Below, in pieces: positions 27,875 to 37,437 of a stretch of DNA of 64,000 nt. A program made the translations under genes and the position numbers. Where the stretch lies: the IMG/VR virus record IMGVR_UViG_3300048597_000624, positions 1-64,000 of that record; one strand, 5' to 3'. Origin of the DNA: a virus. The notes under the pieces were generated by a model that was not told where the DNA came from, made no database searches, and saw only the letters and a program-made list of their open reading frames with translations. Numbering within the stretch: position 1 is the first letter of the stretch; the number at the start of each line of letters is the position of its first letter.

Positions 27875-29295
27875 TCCCCGGTGCCATCCGCATGGGTCAC
27901 GCGCGATACGCGAAAGCTACCGCAATCCACGGTGGTCACCAAGGGCCAACCATGAACCTGCCTCGCTGGCACGAGCGGTTCGCCAACAATTCCTTCACAA
28001 GTGTCGTCCACTTCCTGCAGTAACTTGGACAATGTGTCGAGCGTCGACGGTCGCGGTACTCCCTTGTCGACCGACAGTACGGGCGAATGGGAACCGCAGA
28101 GCAGAATCGCATGCCGCGCGTGCTCGCAGCCCTCGTCCGTCCAACTCCACTGATTGAGCGCCGCCGAGTCTTGGAACCAAGCTTTGCAGCCGCCCAGACG
28201 CAAACCCTTGCCGCGGCGACGATCAACCGCCACCGCGCCCCGCATGCACTCCAAATCGGCTGGCGTGTAAATCTTGACCGAACTGTACCCGCCCAGCGTG
28301 GCGCCCGTGCCGAAGGATTGCTTCATTCGCGTGATGCGGTACAAGTCACCCGCTTGCATCCAGGCGTTGGCGGATCCGCCGACGGCGCCGGGAAACGCTT
28401 CGACCATGGCTTGATGCAAAAGCGACTGGCACTCCTGGATGACCCGCTCTTTCATCACGTGATTCCACCGCCAGTAGCGAGGATCAGCGTCGTTCCACCG
28501 CATGACGGTCGCCAGGTCGGACTTGTCGAGTTGCATCCGCTCCTGAATCGGCAGCCAGCGCGGATCATCGAACACCACTTGCTGGATCCACTCCGATCCC
28601 TTCTGCCGGCACTCGTGAAGATTCCAAGCCTTAAACTCCCAGTCGATGTCGAACACCGTGGGGTAGGGGGTCCAGCGGGCGAGCTTGTTCAGCCGCGATC
28701 GCCAGCGAATGGGCATTTCTGAGAGCCAGCGCGGGTTGGGCCAGACGCCAAACTCGGGGGCAGCCATCGGCAGGTCCGCCGCAATGTGGAGGGAGCCGGT
28801 TGCGAGTTGATAGGCCCGGGCCTCAAGCGGTCGTCCTGCGAACAAATCAGCCGTTTCCTCCGGAGTGAGTCGTTTTAACCAGCCCGCGCGAGCGTTGCCG
28901 ATCGAGGTTTCATCCCAGCCCAGGTTGATCGCCTGGACGAGATTGGGGTATTCGCCTTCCTTCACGGCACCATGGACGTGGCAAAGGCGGCGGCGCGCGA
29001 CCGGCGCTGGACCATCGGCCCGCAACAGTCGATCGAGGATCGATCCGGGCAGACGCGCGACCATCATGTTCGCACTGTCGAGCACCTTATCGTAAATCTG
29101 GTCGGCCGAAACGTCCTTGCCGAAGACGTCGCGGTCGGCGAGCAATTGCAGGAATCCCGCCGCGCGAAGGTTGTCCGGCCAGGTGAACGACTCAGGGACG
29201 CCCAGCCCGCGGCGAAGGTCGGCCGGCGAGAGCAGGGATAGCAGGTGGTCGAAAATGTGGCCGAGACTAATGGATGAAGCGGCGGAGGTGGTCAT
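27859..29295 (-). CDS. Hypothetical protein, 478 aa, Trp-rich
   Basis: Long co-oriented ORF; no motif recognised. Confidence 0.7.
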   Translation of the reverse strand: MTTSAASSISLGHIFDHLLSLLSPADLRRGLGVPESFTWPDNLRAAGFLQLLADRDVFGKDVSADQIYDKVLDSANMMVARLPGSILDRLLRADGPAPVARRRLCHVHGAVKEGEYPNLVQAINLGWDETSIGNARAGWLKRLTPEETADLFAGRPLEARAYQLATGSLHIAADLPMAAPEFGVWPNPRWLSEMPIRWRSRLNKLARWTPYPTVFDIDWEFKAWNLHECRQKGSEWIQQVVFDDPRWLPIQERMQLDKSDLATVMRWNDADPRYWRWNHVMKERVIQECQSLLHQAMVEAFPGAVGGSANAWMQAGDLYRITRMKQSFGTGATLGGYSSVKIYTPADLECMRGAVAVDRRRGKGLRLGGCKAWFQDSAALNQWSWTDEGCEHARHAILLCGSHSPVLSVDKGVPRPSTLDTLSKLLQEVDDTCEGIVGEPLVPARQVHGWPLVTTVDCGSFRVSRVTHADGTGEWVRD

Positions 29296-29313
29296 TGCAT
29301 GCCCTTTCGCTGT

Positions 29314-29970
29314 TTATGACTTGCCATTAAACGCCAGCAACCAGTCCCAGTCGTGCTTGGCGAAATGTTCGCGGTAAATGCTGTCTTCGCGCAACGCAGT
29401 GTCGTCTAACGAAACGAACCCCGCCGCGCCAAACTGTTCCCGCCACCACTCGAGCGGCTTGATGCAAATATGCGTGGGATCCTCGCCAGGCGTGCCGGGC
29501 GTTCTCCCTTGGCGTCCAAACGAGTCCGCGGTGTCGAGCGCGACAAAGATCAACCCGCCGGGCCGAAGCGCCCGTCGCAGTTCGCGCAAAATGAACGGCA
29601 CCAATTCGGGCTTCCAATGCTCGGCGACTTGTGCGGAATGAATCGCGTCGAACTCGTCATCGCCGAACAAGTGCAGGTTGACCGCATCGCAGATTTCCCA
29701 GCGCTGATACGGCCATTGCTTGCGGGCGATGCCGATCGTGTGTTCGTTCAGATCGATCCCGGTGCAAGTCATCGCGCCCGCATCCATGATTCCGTGCGCG
29801 ATCGCGCCGCAGGCGCAGCCCACGTCGAGCACTCGTCTCCCCGAAAGGCCAAGCGAACCGACCCACCAGCGACCGTACAGCTTCTGCCAGTCGGAGTAAT
29901 TCGCGTAGTCGAGCCCGTTGTCTCGGTGCTGCTCGTAGTAGAGCCGGTCGTAGGCCGTGCGGGTGAGCAT
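29314..29970 (-). CDS. Class I SAM-dependent methyltransferase
   Basis: VLDVGCACG, GID, FDAI...VAEH, LRPGG. Confidence 0.9.
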   Translation of the reverse strand: MLTRTAYDRLYYEQHRDNGLDYANYSDWQKLYGRWWVGSLGLSGRRVLDVGCACGAIAHGIMDAGAMTCTGIDLNEHTIGIARKQWPYQRWEICDAVNLHLFGDDEFDAIHSAQVAEHWKPELVPFILRELRRALRPGGLIFVALDTADSFGRQGRTPGTPGEDPTHICIKPLEWWREQFGAAGFVSLDDTALREDSIYREHFAKHDWDWLLAFNGKS

Positions 29971-31184
29971 TAGAGAGCCGCCAATCTTTCTTTGAGCAGT
30001 GCGGGCAGGAAGTAGCGATAGTGCTTGTCCGCCTCAGCGAACCGATACTTGCGCCGGAAGTATTCGTCGCCGGTGTCGTGGTCGCCGAAGATGAAACGTC
30101 GATGGCCGGGACGAATGACATGCTCCACGTTGTCGGCCAGGCCGTAGTAATTGACCGGGTGGAACTGATGCCAAGCGATCATCGTGGGGGTGTCGGTCGC
30201 TCCCGCCACGTGCTCGGGGCCGCTGTCGATGCCGATCATGTAGGCCGACTGCTGAATCATGGCTGCGATCTTCTCGCCATCACCCGTGCCGGTCCCACCC
30301 CAGAATGGATGTTTGACGTCGTTGATGGCGATGCCATCTCGCTCCGACAACCGCGAGCGAGGTTTCGTCTCCCACTCCAGCACGAACGGGAGAAACCCAG
30401 CCCGCTTGGCGACAAGGCAGAGTTCTCGCGCGACGCGCTCGCTCATATCCTTGGCGTCTTTGGCAGAGTTGCCTTGGTAGTGGATGAGCACGATGGGGTA
30501 TCGCTGTCCGGAAGCCACTCGCCGTCCGCACATTTCCGCCAGGTAATCGCTGGCCGACTCCATCACCTCATCGCTGATGCAAACGGCGTAGCGGCAGAGT
30601 TCCTCGATCGGTTCGATTTGGAAGGCATGACGCAGGTACTGTTCGGCCTTGGTCGATGGAGAGTTGGAATAAGTCTCCCACGGCTCGTGCCACGGAACCC
30701 AGCGATAGTCGGTGTAGCCTTCCGCTGACTTGTCCTCGGAGTAGACATGGCGAGCCAAGCCGCGAAAGAGCGTATGGGCTCCCACCTTGGACGAAACATC
30801 AATTGCCCATTCCGGGTGCAAGTGTCGCAGGTGGAGCAGTACCGTCGTGAACTGGACCGCATCGCCAAAGCCGTGCTCGAAGCGTGCCAGCAGCGTTGGC
30901 TGCTTGATCCAGGCTGCTAGGGGCCTAGGGATGGGTAGGGCCCAATTGAGCCAGGCTTGCCGCCACGGACATTTGCATCCGGGAGACTTCTTGATCCCAA
31001 CGGCGTCCAGCGCGGCAGACACTAGATCTCCTGCGCCTTGAAATTCAAGCGGTACGTCGTCCAGAGACACGCTGTCGCAGGTTCGATTGATCTGGTCCGT
31101 CGAATACCCATGTGTTCGCGCAATGAATCCGCATCGCCGACACGACGCTTCCCGGTCTGAGATTAGATAGAAATCGCAGCGCAT
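29970..31184 (-). CDS. GT9-like glycosyltransferase with Cys-rich N-terminal extension
   Basis: HGFGDAVQF, IGIDSGPEHVAGATDTP motifs. Confidence 0.8.
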   Translation of the reverse strand: MRCDFYLISDREASCRRCGFIARTHGYSTDQINRTCDSVSLDDVPLEFQGAGDLVSAALDAVGIKKSPGCKCPWRQAWLNWALPIPRPLAAWIKQPTLLARFEHGFGDAVQFTTVLLHLRHLHPEWAIDVSSKVGAHTLFRGLARHVYSEDKSAEGYTDYRWVPWHEPWETYSNSPSTKAEQYLRHAFQIEPIEELCRYAVCISDEVMESASDYLAEMCGRRVASGQRYPIVLIHYQGNSAKDAKDMSERVARELCLVAKRAGFLPFVLEWETKPRSRLSERDGIAINDVKHPFWGGTGTGDGEKIAAMIQQSAYMIGIDSGPEHVAGATDTPTMIAWHQFHPVNYYGLADNVEHVIRPGHRRFIFGDHDTGDEYFRRKYRFAEADKHYRYFLPALLKERLAAL

Positions 31185-31187
31185 GAT

Positions 31188-31859
31188 TTACATCAACGTG
31201 AACACTTGAGCGGTCATGACGCCATTGAAGTCGCAGAGGTCGGTTCCAAGAGGGTGACGCGCCCAGTTCTCATTGACCGTCTCGGACAAATTCATGCAAT
31301 CAATCGGCTCGTCATAGGTATTACTGACCGCAAAAAAATTATTAGGATGCGGAGCCGGGGAGCCGTGATTGCAACCAACACGGATTGCATAGAGAGTTGG
31401 GCTGAACTTTTGGAAGCACAGCGAGCATGCCGCGTTTGTGCATGTTCCTCCCGAGATCGACGTGCAGCATTGATTGGAAGTTGTTGCCGCGAAGTACCAC
31501 ACGCCGTTGTAGCTAAAGCAGCAGCTTGCCGGAGGGAACGCCAAGCCGATTCCGCTGATGACAACTTCGTATTCGACGGCCGCAACGCCGTCCTTGCAGG
31601 CATCGCACAACACAACGCTGCTGCCACTCAATCGACGTCGCCGCGTTGAAGTCGACGTGCTCCCAGGCGGCGGAGGCGGCGGCGGAACGTGTGTCGACGT
31701 CGAAGTACTCCCGCGATCGCGCGTGCTCGTGCTGCCCGGATCCATCCCGCAGCAGCGCGGCACCCCCGCCATCTCTAGCAGCGGAAGCGACATGGCGACG
31801 AACATCGTCAGCTTCCACACCCAAGATCGCTTCCACAGCATGCCGCGCGGAATAGACAT
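31188..31859 (-). CDS. Cys-rich phage protein with Pro/Ser/Thr linker
   Basis: Multiple CC/CxxC motifs; contiguous in tail operon. Confidence 0.55.
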   Translation of the reverse strand: MSIPRGMLWKRSWVWKLTMFVAMSLPLLEMAGVPRCCGMDPGSTSTRDRGSTSTSTHVPPPPPPPGSTSTSTRRRRLSGSSVVLCDACKDGVAAVEYEVVISGIGLAFPPASCCFSYNGVWYFAATTSNQCCTSISGGTCTNAACSLCFQKFSPTLYAIRVGCNHGSPAPHPNNFFAVSNTYDEPIDCMNLSETVNENWARHPLGTDLCDFNGVMTAQVFTLM

Positions 31860-31862
31860 CGA

Positions 31863-33422
31863 TCAGCACTCCCGTTGCCACATTTCCCAACGATTCGCGT
31901 CGGCCATGTAGCGCATATAGCCTTGGTCGGTCCCTTCCGCAGGTCCGATCCCAATCGGATCGTGCAGCAACACTTCAAGCCCGCTGTCGATCAGTTCGCC
32001 ATCCACGCCGTCCGCATCGGCGACCATCATCTTCACTGTCCCGCTGCTGCCTTTGCCGATGCCGCCTTCCTGCGTGCATTCCCAGCGGGCTTCGGGCCAG
32101 TATTGAGGTTGCTCGTCGAAGCAATGGCAAAGTTCGGTGATCGCGAAGTTGGGCGGCAGGGAGTGGGCTTCAATCAATGCCTGCGGGCCGTCTGGTCCGA
32201 TCGACCCGAACGAGCAGAGCACGTAATCGTCAGACCCTCGTGTCCGTAAGCTTGGTCTTACAAAATCACACGCATGGCTGACGTCGTACCAGACATACAT
32301 TCGAGCGTAGTAATCGTGGGCAATCAGTTCGGCCAGGGCGTCTAGTTCCGCTTGATTTACTGGCTCGCTCGGTCCGCCTTCGCTGTCGGTAAAGTCAGCA
32401 AGTGCCGTTGTGCGAATAGTAATTACTGACCGGTAGACGCCTTCGCTGCCCATGTAATCTCGCGCGTGCTTGGTAATTGCATATTCCTCTCCGCGCGGAG
32501 ATACGATTCCCTCTCGCCACTTGCGGAACACAACATCCACACGCTCGGGAACGTGAGCGTGTCCGACTCTAATGTGATACGACAAGTTCGTTTGTCCGCC
32601 TGTCACGCACGAACTTCTGTTTGGGTGTATGTCACTCAGACCAACAACTTCATCGGTCGCAAAGAGTCCAGTGGGCGGCTCGGACAACACGACATGATCG
32701 CCCTGGCAAATCACGCGGCGCCCAACCGACGCAGCCGCAACATCTAGTAGGACTGCCGGGTTGTCATGCATGCTGCAAAGCGTATATGGATCCGGCTTTC
32801 CGTATCCCTCGTCGAGAGATCCGGGAATATCCAAGGTCAAGCCCAAGTCGTCTTCAATTGCGTGGAAGAACTCTTCCCAAGTCGGTGGCTCGTCGATTGC
32901 GGGATTGAATTCCTTGTCCCACGAAGTGTTTCTGAATTGCCACCAATATCGCTGGTCGACCAGTGGCAGAATGAAGAGGTCTTCGGGAATAACGAAGCCT
33001 TGTCGTGAATGCAGGCCCCGGGGCTCGAGTGCCCACATCTTTAGTTCCGTGGCGTTCGTTCCATTGGAGAGAAAGAGCATTCCAGAAGACTCGGAAGAAC
33101 CTTGGATCAACGGCCTCGCTTGATTGAAAATGGCCTCGTATTGCTCAGCGTTTATCAGAAAACACCCAACTGCCCATCGGCTGGCGCCAGTTGGCCAGTA
33201 AATTTGATTGACCTTCAGTTTTGGAGGCTCGGGCCAGTTAATGAGAGGGATGCCGCGAGGGGTTGGGCCTGATGATTTCTGCCTCCACGTGCCGTAGAAG
33301 TTGTGATTGGGCCCAGCCGGGAGAATGTGTGAAAGCGGCATGTACTGATCGAAATATTCAACCAGCTCGGCAGTCGGCAGCAGAAGCGGCACGCCAGCGT
33401 AAGAAATCACGTCATGGCCCAA
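31863..33422 (-). CDS. Putative tail/baseplate protein
   Basis: 519 aa in tail region; position only. Confidence 0.5.
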   Translation of the reverse strand: MGHDVISYAGVPLLLPTAELVEYFDQYMPLSHILPAGPNHNFYGTWRQKSSGPTPRGIPLINWPEPPKLKVNQIYWPTGASRWAVGCFLINAEQYEAIFNQARPLIQGSSESSGMLFLSNGTNATELKMWALEPRGLHSRQGFVIPEDLFILPLVDQRYWWQFRNTSWDKEFNPAIDEPPTWEEFFHAIEDDLGLTLDIPGSLDEGYGKPDPYTLCSMHDNPAVLLDVAAASVGRRVICQGDHVVLSEPPTGLFATDEVVGLSDIHPNRSSCVTGGQTNLSYHIRVGHAHVPERVDVVFRKWREGIVSPRGEEYAITKHARDYMGSEGVYRSVITIRTTALADFTDSEGGPSEPVNQAELDALAELIAHDYYARMYVWYDVSHACDFVRPSLRTRGSDDYVLCSFGSIGPDGPQALIEAHSLPPNFAITELCHCFDEQPQYWPEARWECTQEGGIGKGSSGTVKMMVADADGVDGELIDSGLEVLLHDPIGIGPAEGTDQGYMRYMADANRWEMWQREC

Positions 33423-33895
33423 TCGAACTCGACCCGAATCTTCCAGGCCATCCTGAACGTCGAACCATCACCATCGACGGGTGACGAATACGCCAAGGGC
33501 TCGAGCGGGCTGCGAAGAATCTCGTCGCCGCCGGATTGCAAATCGTGGGCGTTGAGCGCTTTGAGAACCTTCTCAGCCAGTGGCAGCAGCCCATGCGCGG
33601 AGTCCGTCAACGCCGATTCGGTGTGGCCTCGTTCGTCGCGGTTGGATTGGACGTCGATCGCGATCAGCACCGCGCTGTCAAACGTCGTCTGCTCTCGGCC
33701 GCCGCCCTCCCAAAGGCCTCGATCGAGCTGGCCGGAGTCGGGGCAAACTTTGCAGACCGGCACCGGATCGGCCTTCGTGTCCTCGAACCGCGAGATAAAG
33801 CAGGTCGAATCGGAGTTGAACTCCGTCACTTGGGCCTGGATCCGCGCGACGATGGCCGCCAGGATCGTTTGCAGGTTGGTTGAGACGCGGGCCAT
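33407..33895 (-). CDS. Putative tail terminator/completion protein
   Basis: ILAAIVARI N-terminal helix and beta-rich C-terminus typical of this class. Confidence 0.45.
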   Translation of the reverse strand: MARVSTNLQTILAAIVARIQAQVTEFNSDSTCFISRFEDTKADPVPVCKVCPDSGQLDRGLWEGGGREQTTFDSAVLIAIDVQSNRDERGHTESALTDSAHGLLPLAEKVLKALNAHDLQSGGDEILRSPLEPLAYSSPVDGDGSTFRMAWKIRVEFDWAMT

Positions 33896-33965
33896 AAGCC
33901 TTCTCCCGGATCGCCGTTTTGCTTATGGCGAGATACAAGCAAAGCGGCGGAATGCTTGTGTACGA

Positions 33966-34433
33966 TCAGAGGCCAGCGAGGTCGTCGGCCGCTGGGGCTC
34001 CCTGCGCAACGGTGGGAGGTTCCTGCGCAGGGACTTCTTGCGCAGGGAGTCCGAAACTCTCGAACAGTTCCACCAGCGAAAGCACGGAGTCGATCAAATC
34101 CCCCAGGTCGATCGAGGGACTTGCCGGCATGGCCGGTTCGACCACGCCGTTGACCAGATCGCCCACAGTCGGGCTTTCCCAGAATGGCCGAACTTCCTGG
34201 GCTTCATGCTGATGCAGAACCACCGACGGCCGCCCGCGAAGCGCCGACGCAACCGACTCTGCGTACTTTCCAACCAGGTCGAGCGCGGCATAGGCATCGG
34301 GTGTCTCGCCGAGACGATGGAAAGTGAACTCCTCTAATCGTTCCACGTTGTTGTAAAGTTCGTTTATGCACGCGGAATGACCGCGACCGGCAATTGCTGC
34401 GCACGTTGCAATTCGTTGATTGAGGTATTTCAC
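33966..34433 (-). CDS. Hypothetical protein
   Basis: AAGGGAG RBS before GTG; co-oriented. Confidence 0.55.
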   Translation of the reverse strand: MKYLNQRIATCAAIAGRGHSACINELYNNVERLEEFTFHRLGETPDAYAALDLVGKYAESVASALRGRPSVVLHQHEAQEVRPFWESPTVGDLVNGVVEPAMPASPSIDLGDLIDSVLSLVELFESFGLPAQEVPAQEPPTVAQGAPAADDLAGL

Positions 34434-34445
34434 GGCACGTCTCCC

Positions 34446-36059
34446 TTACGAAATCAAACTGTCCGGAATCGTGATCCCGACGCCACTCGTAGTGGGCAGC
34501 AGCAGTCCCTTGGCTTTCAAATCGAAGTTTCTGTCCATCCATTCGTGGAACTCGCCCGCGCGGTCGTTCGTGACGGCCAGGCCATACCGGTCGCCAATCG
34601 CCCAAGCGATGTTGCCTTCGAACGCCGCGACACTCGGGCCGCCGCTGTAAATCTGCGTCATGGCCACCAGCGAGAAATCGTCCGCGAATACGCTGCTGGT
34701 ATTGCTCACCGCGGTTGAGATTCGGTAGCGCAGATAAACCTGCGGAGGCAGCACGCGCGGGGTGCGGAACGCCACGTTCTTTGCGGCATAGCTGGTCGTC
34801 AGCCCGGTCGCGGAAATCGTCAGCGTGTTGGCCGTCCCCTCGTCGTCGTTGATGACGGCGCCGCCATCCCAGAGCGAGACTTGCAGCACGCCAGCCGCCG
34901 GGACCGAATCGACCTTGAATTGTCCGTTGAACGCATACTGCGTTTGCGGTGAGAGCGACAACGGTACAAGGATCTCGGTCAGTTCCGATCCGTTGGAATC
35001 GAACTCCAACGCCTTTCCGTCGCCATAAACGTGCGTCGAACCGGCAGTCGTGGTGTTGTGAGCTATCGACGGGCTGCCGCCGGTCAAGTAGCTCGTGCTG
35101 GTCAACTGAGTGACGTTGCCGCCCACGCCGTTGAACGTGATCGTGTGCGTGTAGTTCGGCGATGTGCCGGTTGCCGCCACGGTTACGAGCTCGAGTCCCT
35201 TCAGAGCCCGCAACCGCGACTGGACGGTCGAAGCAGGAGCGTTGTACGCGATGAGAGCGGTCGTCTGGACCTGGCTCGCGGCGTTGGTGTAGCTCAGCGT
35301 GTAATAGCCGTCGGTTGGGGTGCCGCTGATCGCGACCGTTTGCACTTCCACGTCCGTAAGCTTGATCGTGGTGCCGATCGTCCCGAGTACCTTGATCCAG
35401 TCGTCGGGGAAGTTGGCTTGGTCGTCTTCGTCCTCGAACCCGCCGTTCGTGATGAGTCCCCCGCCGGTTGTGACTGTGACCGTTGCTGACTTGCCCGATC
35501 CCGCCGGCCAGGATTCGGACAGCAAGTTGCGAGCCGCCACGGGGGCCTTGAGCCGGAACGACGTCGCGGCGGTCGCTTCGATTTGGATCGTCTCCGCCAG
35601 CATCAGTTCGTTGACCAGTCCATCCGCGCGCTTGGTGCTGACGACGAACGTGCCGTTGCCTGCGGGGGAGCCCACGGCCGAGACGGAGGCACCGACGGCG
35701 TTCTCTTCGACGGCCTCGGTATCGGCGATCATCTGCCGAATAATCTCGCGCAGAACGGACGCGATGTCGTAAGCCGGCAACGCGACGTCATCCTTGACCA
35801 TCTGGATGCAGGTGTTTTCGATCGCGGTTTTCAGCGCGGACTGGAGCGTGTCGGTGTTCGTTTTGAAGTTGTTCAGCGCTGGGGGCAGGCCCGCGACGGC
35901 CGCTTCAAGCTCGGGGCTGACCGCGGCGAACTCGTCGAGGGCGTCCTCAACCTCGGCCGGAACGGTCGTCCCCCGGGCGGTGTTCAGGACTTCCTGGGCG
36001 TAGAAAAGTTTGCCCAATCGGACGGGAAGGCTGCCGCTGCCGGACCAAGAGAGAGCCAT
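34446..36059 (-). CDS. Putative virion structural protein with carbohydrate-binding-like domain (start re-called at MALSWS)
   Basis: LITNGGFE...W motif, Thr/Gly-rich beta composition. Confidence 0.6.
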   Translation of the reverse strand: MALSWSGSGSLPVRLGKLFYAQEVLNTARGTTVPAEVEDALDEFAAVSPELEAAVAGLPPALNNFKTNTDTLQSALKTAIENTCIQMVKDDVALPAYDIASVLREIIRQMIADTEAVEENAVGASVSAVGSPAGNGTFVVSTKRADGLVNELMLAETIQIEATAATSFRLKAPVAARNLLSESWPAGSGKSATVTVTTGGGLITNGGFEDEDDQANFPDDWIKVLGTIGTTIKLTDVEVQTVAISGTPTDGYYTLSYTNAASQVQTTALIAYNAPASTVQSRLRALKGLELVTVAATGTSPNYTHTITFNGVGGNVTQLTSTSYLTGGSPSIAHNTTTAGSTHVYGDGKALEFDSNGSELTEILVPLSLSPQTQYAFNGQFKVDSVPAAGVLQVSLWDGGAVINDDEGTANTLTISATGLTTSYAAKNVAFRTPRVLPPQVYLRYRISTAVSNTSSVFADDFSLVAMTQIYSGGPSVAAFEGNIAWAIGDRYGLAVTNDRAGEFHEWMDRNFDLKAKGLLLPTTSGVGITIPDSLIS

Positions 36060-36083
36060 AGGGAAAGCCTGTTTCGCCGTGTG

Positions 36084-36150
36084 CCAACGAAAAAAGCCCG
36101 CCAGCAAGCCGATATTGGCTCGAAGGCGGGCCCGGTTGTTCCGACACCCA
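36084..36150 (-). promoter_or_regulatory. Attenuator element copy A (conserved hairpin overlapping terminator)
   Basis: TGGGTGTCGGAACAACCGGGCCCGC...GCGGGCTTTTTTCGTT. Confidence 0.85.
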
Positions 36151-36168
36151 TGTTGAGTTGTGCGGGGT

Positions 36169-36198
36169 ATTCTAGCGATCCCTGGCGGCCAGTGCCAA
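36169..36198 (-). promoter_or_regulatory. Sigma70-like promoter feeding attenuator A
   Basis: TTGGCA-N18-TAGAAT. Confidence 0.55.
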
Positions 36199-36267
36199 GG
36201 TTCTTGCTGACTTTCGGATTTGCCCAAATTAAATTAAACGCTGGATTCAGGCCCGGGAGCCCATGAA

Positions 36268-37437
36268 ATGTCCAACGAGTCCCCCACTGTCGACGCCGAC
36301 CTTCGTTTCTCGTTCCGCTGCCCGTCGTGCGGCGCCAAGTGCAAGAGCAAGGTCAAGCACGTCGGCAAACGCGTGGATTGCCCGAAGTGCGGGGCATCGA
36401 TCGCGGTGCCGAGTTACTCCGGAAGGGGAGAGCAGTTCGAAGATTTGGAAATGACGGATTTGCTCAAGCGGGAGCCCGGAAGGATCCAGCCGGACGCCCC
36501 GACGATCAAGGATTGGCAAGCCACTCCGTCGCAGTCCGGATCCGGACGGAGTGTGGAAGAAAGCCTGTTTGACGATCTGCCCAGCGCGGAGGAATCGCGA
36601 GTTCGGTTCGATGCGATCAGTCGCGATGACGACTCGGATGACGATCAGCCGAGTATTGATCTGACGATGAGGGCGAAGCCGGAGCGGCGAGATGGCCCGG
36701 CAGTTCCAACGTGGGCTCCCGGCACAGTTGCAATCATTGCCTGGATGTTCCTAACGACCGCGCACGCCGCATGGATTTCATGGAGCAATACTGAACTGCC
36801 AGCCCAGGTGTACACTGCCTTTACAAGTTCCATTGGCGCATCGAATCTGTACTGGGCGGTATTTCTCTCAATTCGCGCTTGGAGAGTTGCGAAGTTTTAT
36901 TCAACAATTTCTGGAGGCGCGCTGCCCGCGTTTCCGCAATTCATTCGCTACCTGATGGCTATCTCCACGTCATGGTTTGGGATCGGAGCGGTAAGCTTCC
37001 TCCTTACGGTCCCTTACGCCATTTTTTCCAATGAGAACCTTGGGATTGTGCTGGCTGCGATTGGAATGTATTGGGCTCTTTCTCTCGTGATGTGGCTTGC
37101 GACGATTACGGTGCTTGGTGTTGTGTATTTCATCACTAAACCGCCAGTAGTCTATGCAATGCCTGCTCCCAGTCTCGATCAAGAACGAACGACGGCAAAG
37201 TCCATTAGCCTTAGTGAAATTGCTGTTTTGTTTGGGCTCTTGGCGATATGCGCCGTCTGCGGAGCGGCAATTGGAGTTTCTGCACGCGCAATCTATCCGC
37301 TGTCGCCGGCCAACGTGGGGATTCAAGGTCGCTTTGACAGGCTACCTATCAGAGCGAACGGAGCCCAAGCCCAACAGAACCAGCAAATGTGGAAAGACAT
37401 GATTCGCGGTCTGGCAAACCAGAACCAGCAGAACTAG
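36268..37437 (+). CDS. Zn-ribbon plus multi-TM membrane protein (moron-like, opposite strand)
   Basis: CPSC...CPKC, acidic linker, about five hydrophobic helices. Confidence 0.8.
   Translation: MSNESPTVDADLRFSFRCPSCGAKCKSKVKHVGKRVDCPKCGASIAVPSYSGRGEQFEDLEMTDLLKREPGRIQPDAPTIKDWQATPSQSGSGRSVEESLFDDLPSAEESRVRFDAISRDDDSDDDQPSIDLTMRAKPERRDGPAVPTWAPGTVAIIAWMFLTTAHAAWISWSNTELPAQVYTAFTSSIGASNLYWAVFLSIRAWRVAKFYSTISGGALPAFPQFIRYLMAISTSWFGIGAVSFLLTVPYAIFSNENLGIVLAAIGMYWALSLVMWLATITVLGVVYFITKPPVVYAMPAPSLDQERTTAKSISLSEIAVLFGLLAICAVCGAAIGVSARAIYPLSPANVGIQGRFDRLPIRANGAQAQQNQQMWKDMIRGLANQNQQN

Noticed and set aside
31188-36059. Diversity-generating retroelement acting on tail genes
   Set aside because: No reverse transcriptase motif and no TR/VR repeat pair noticed
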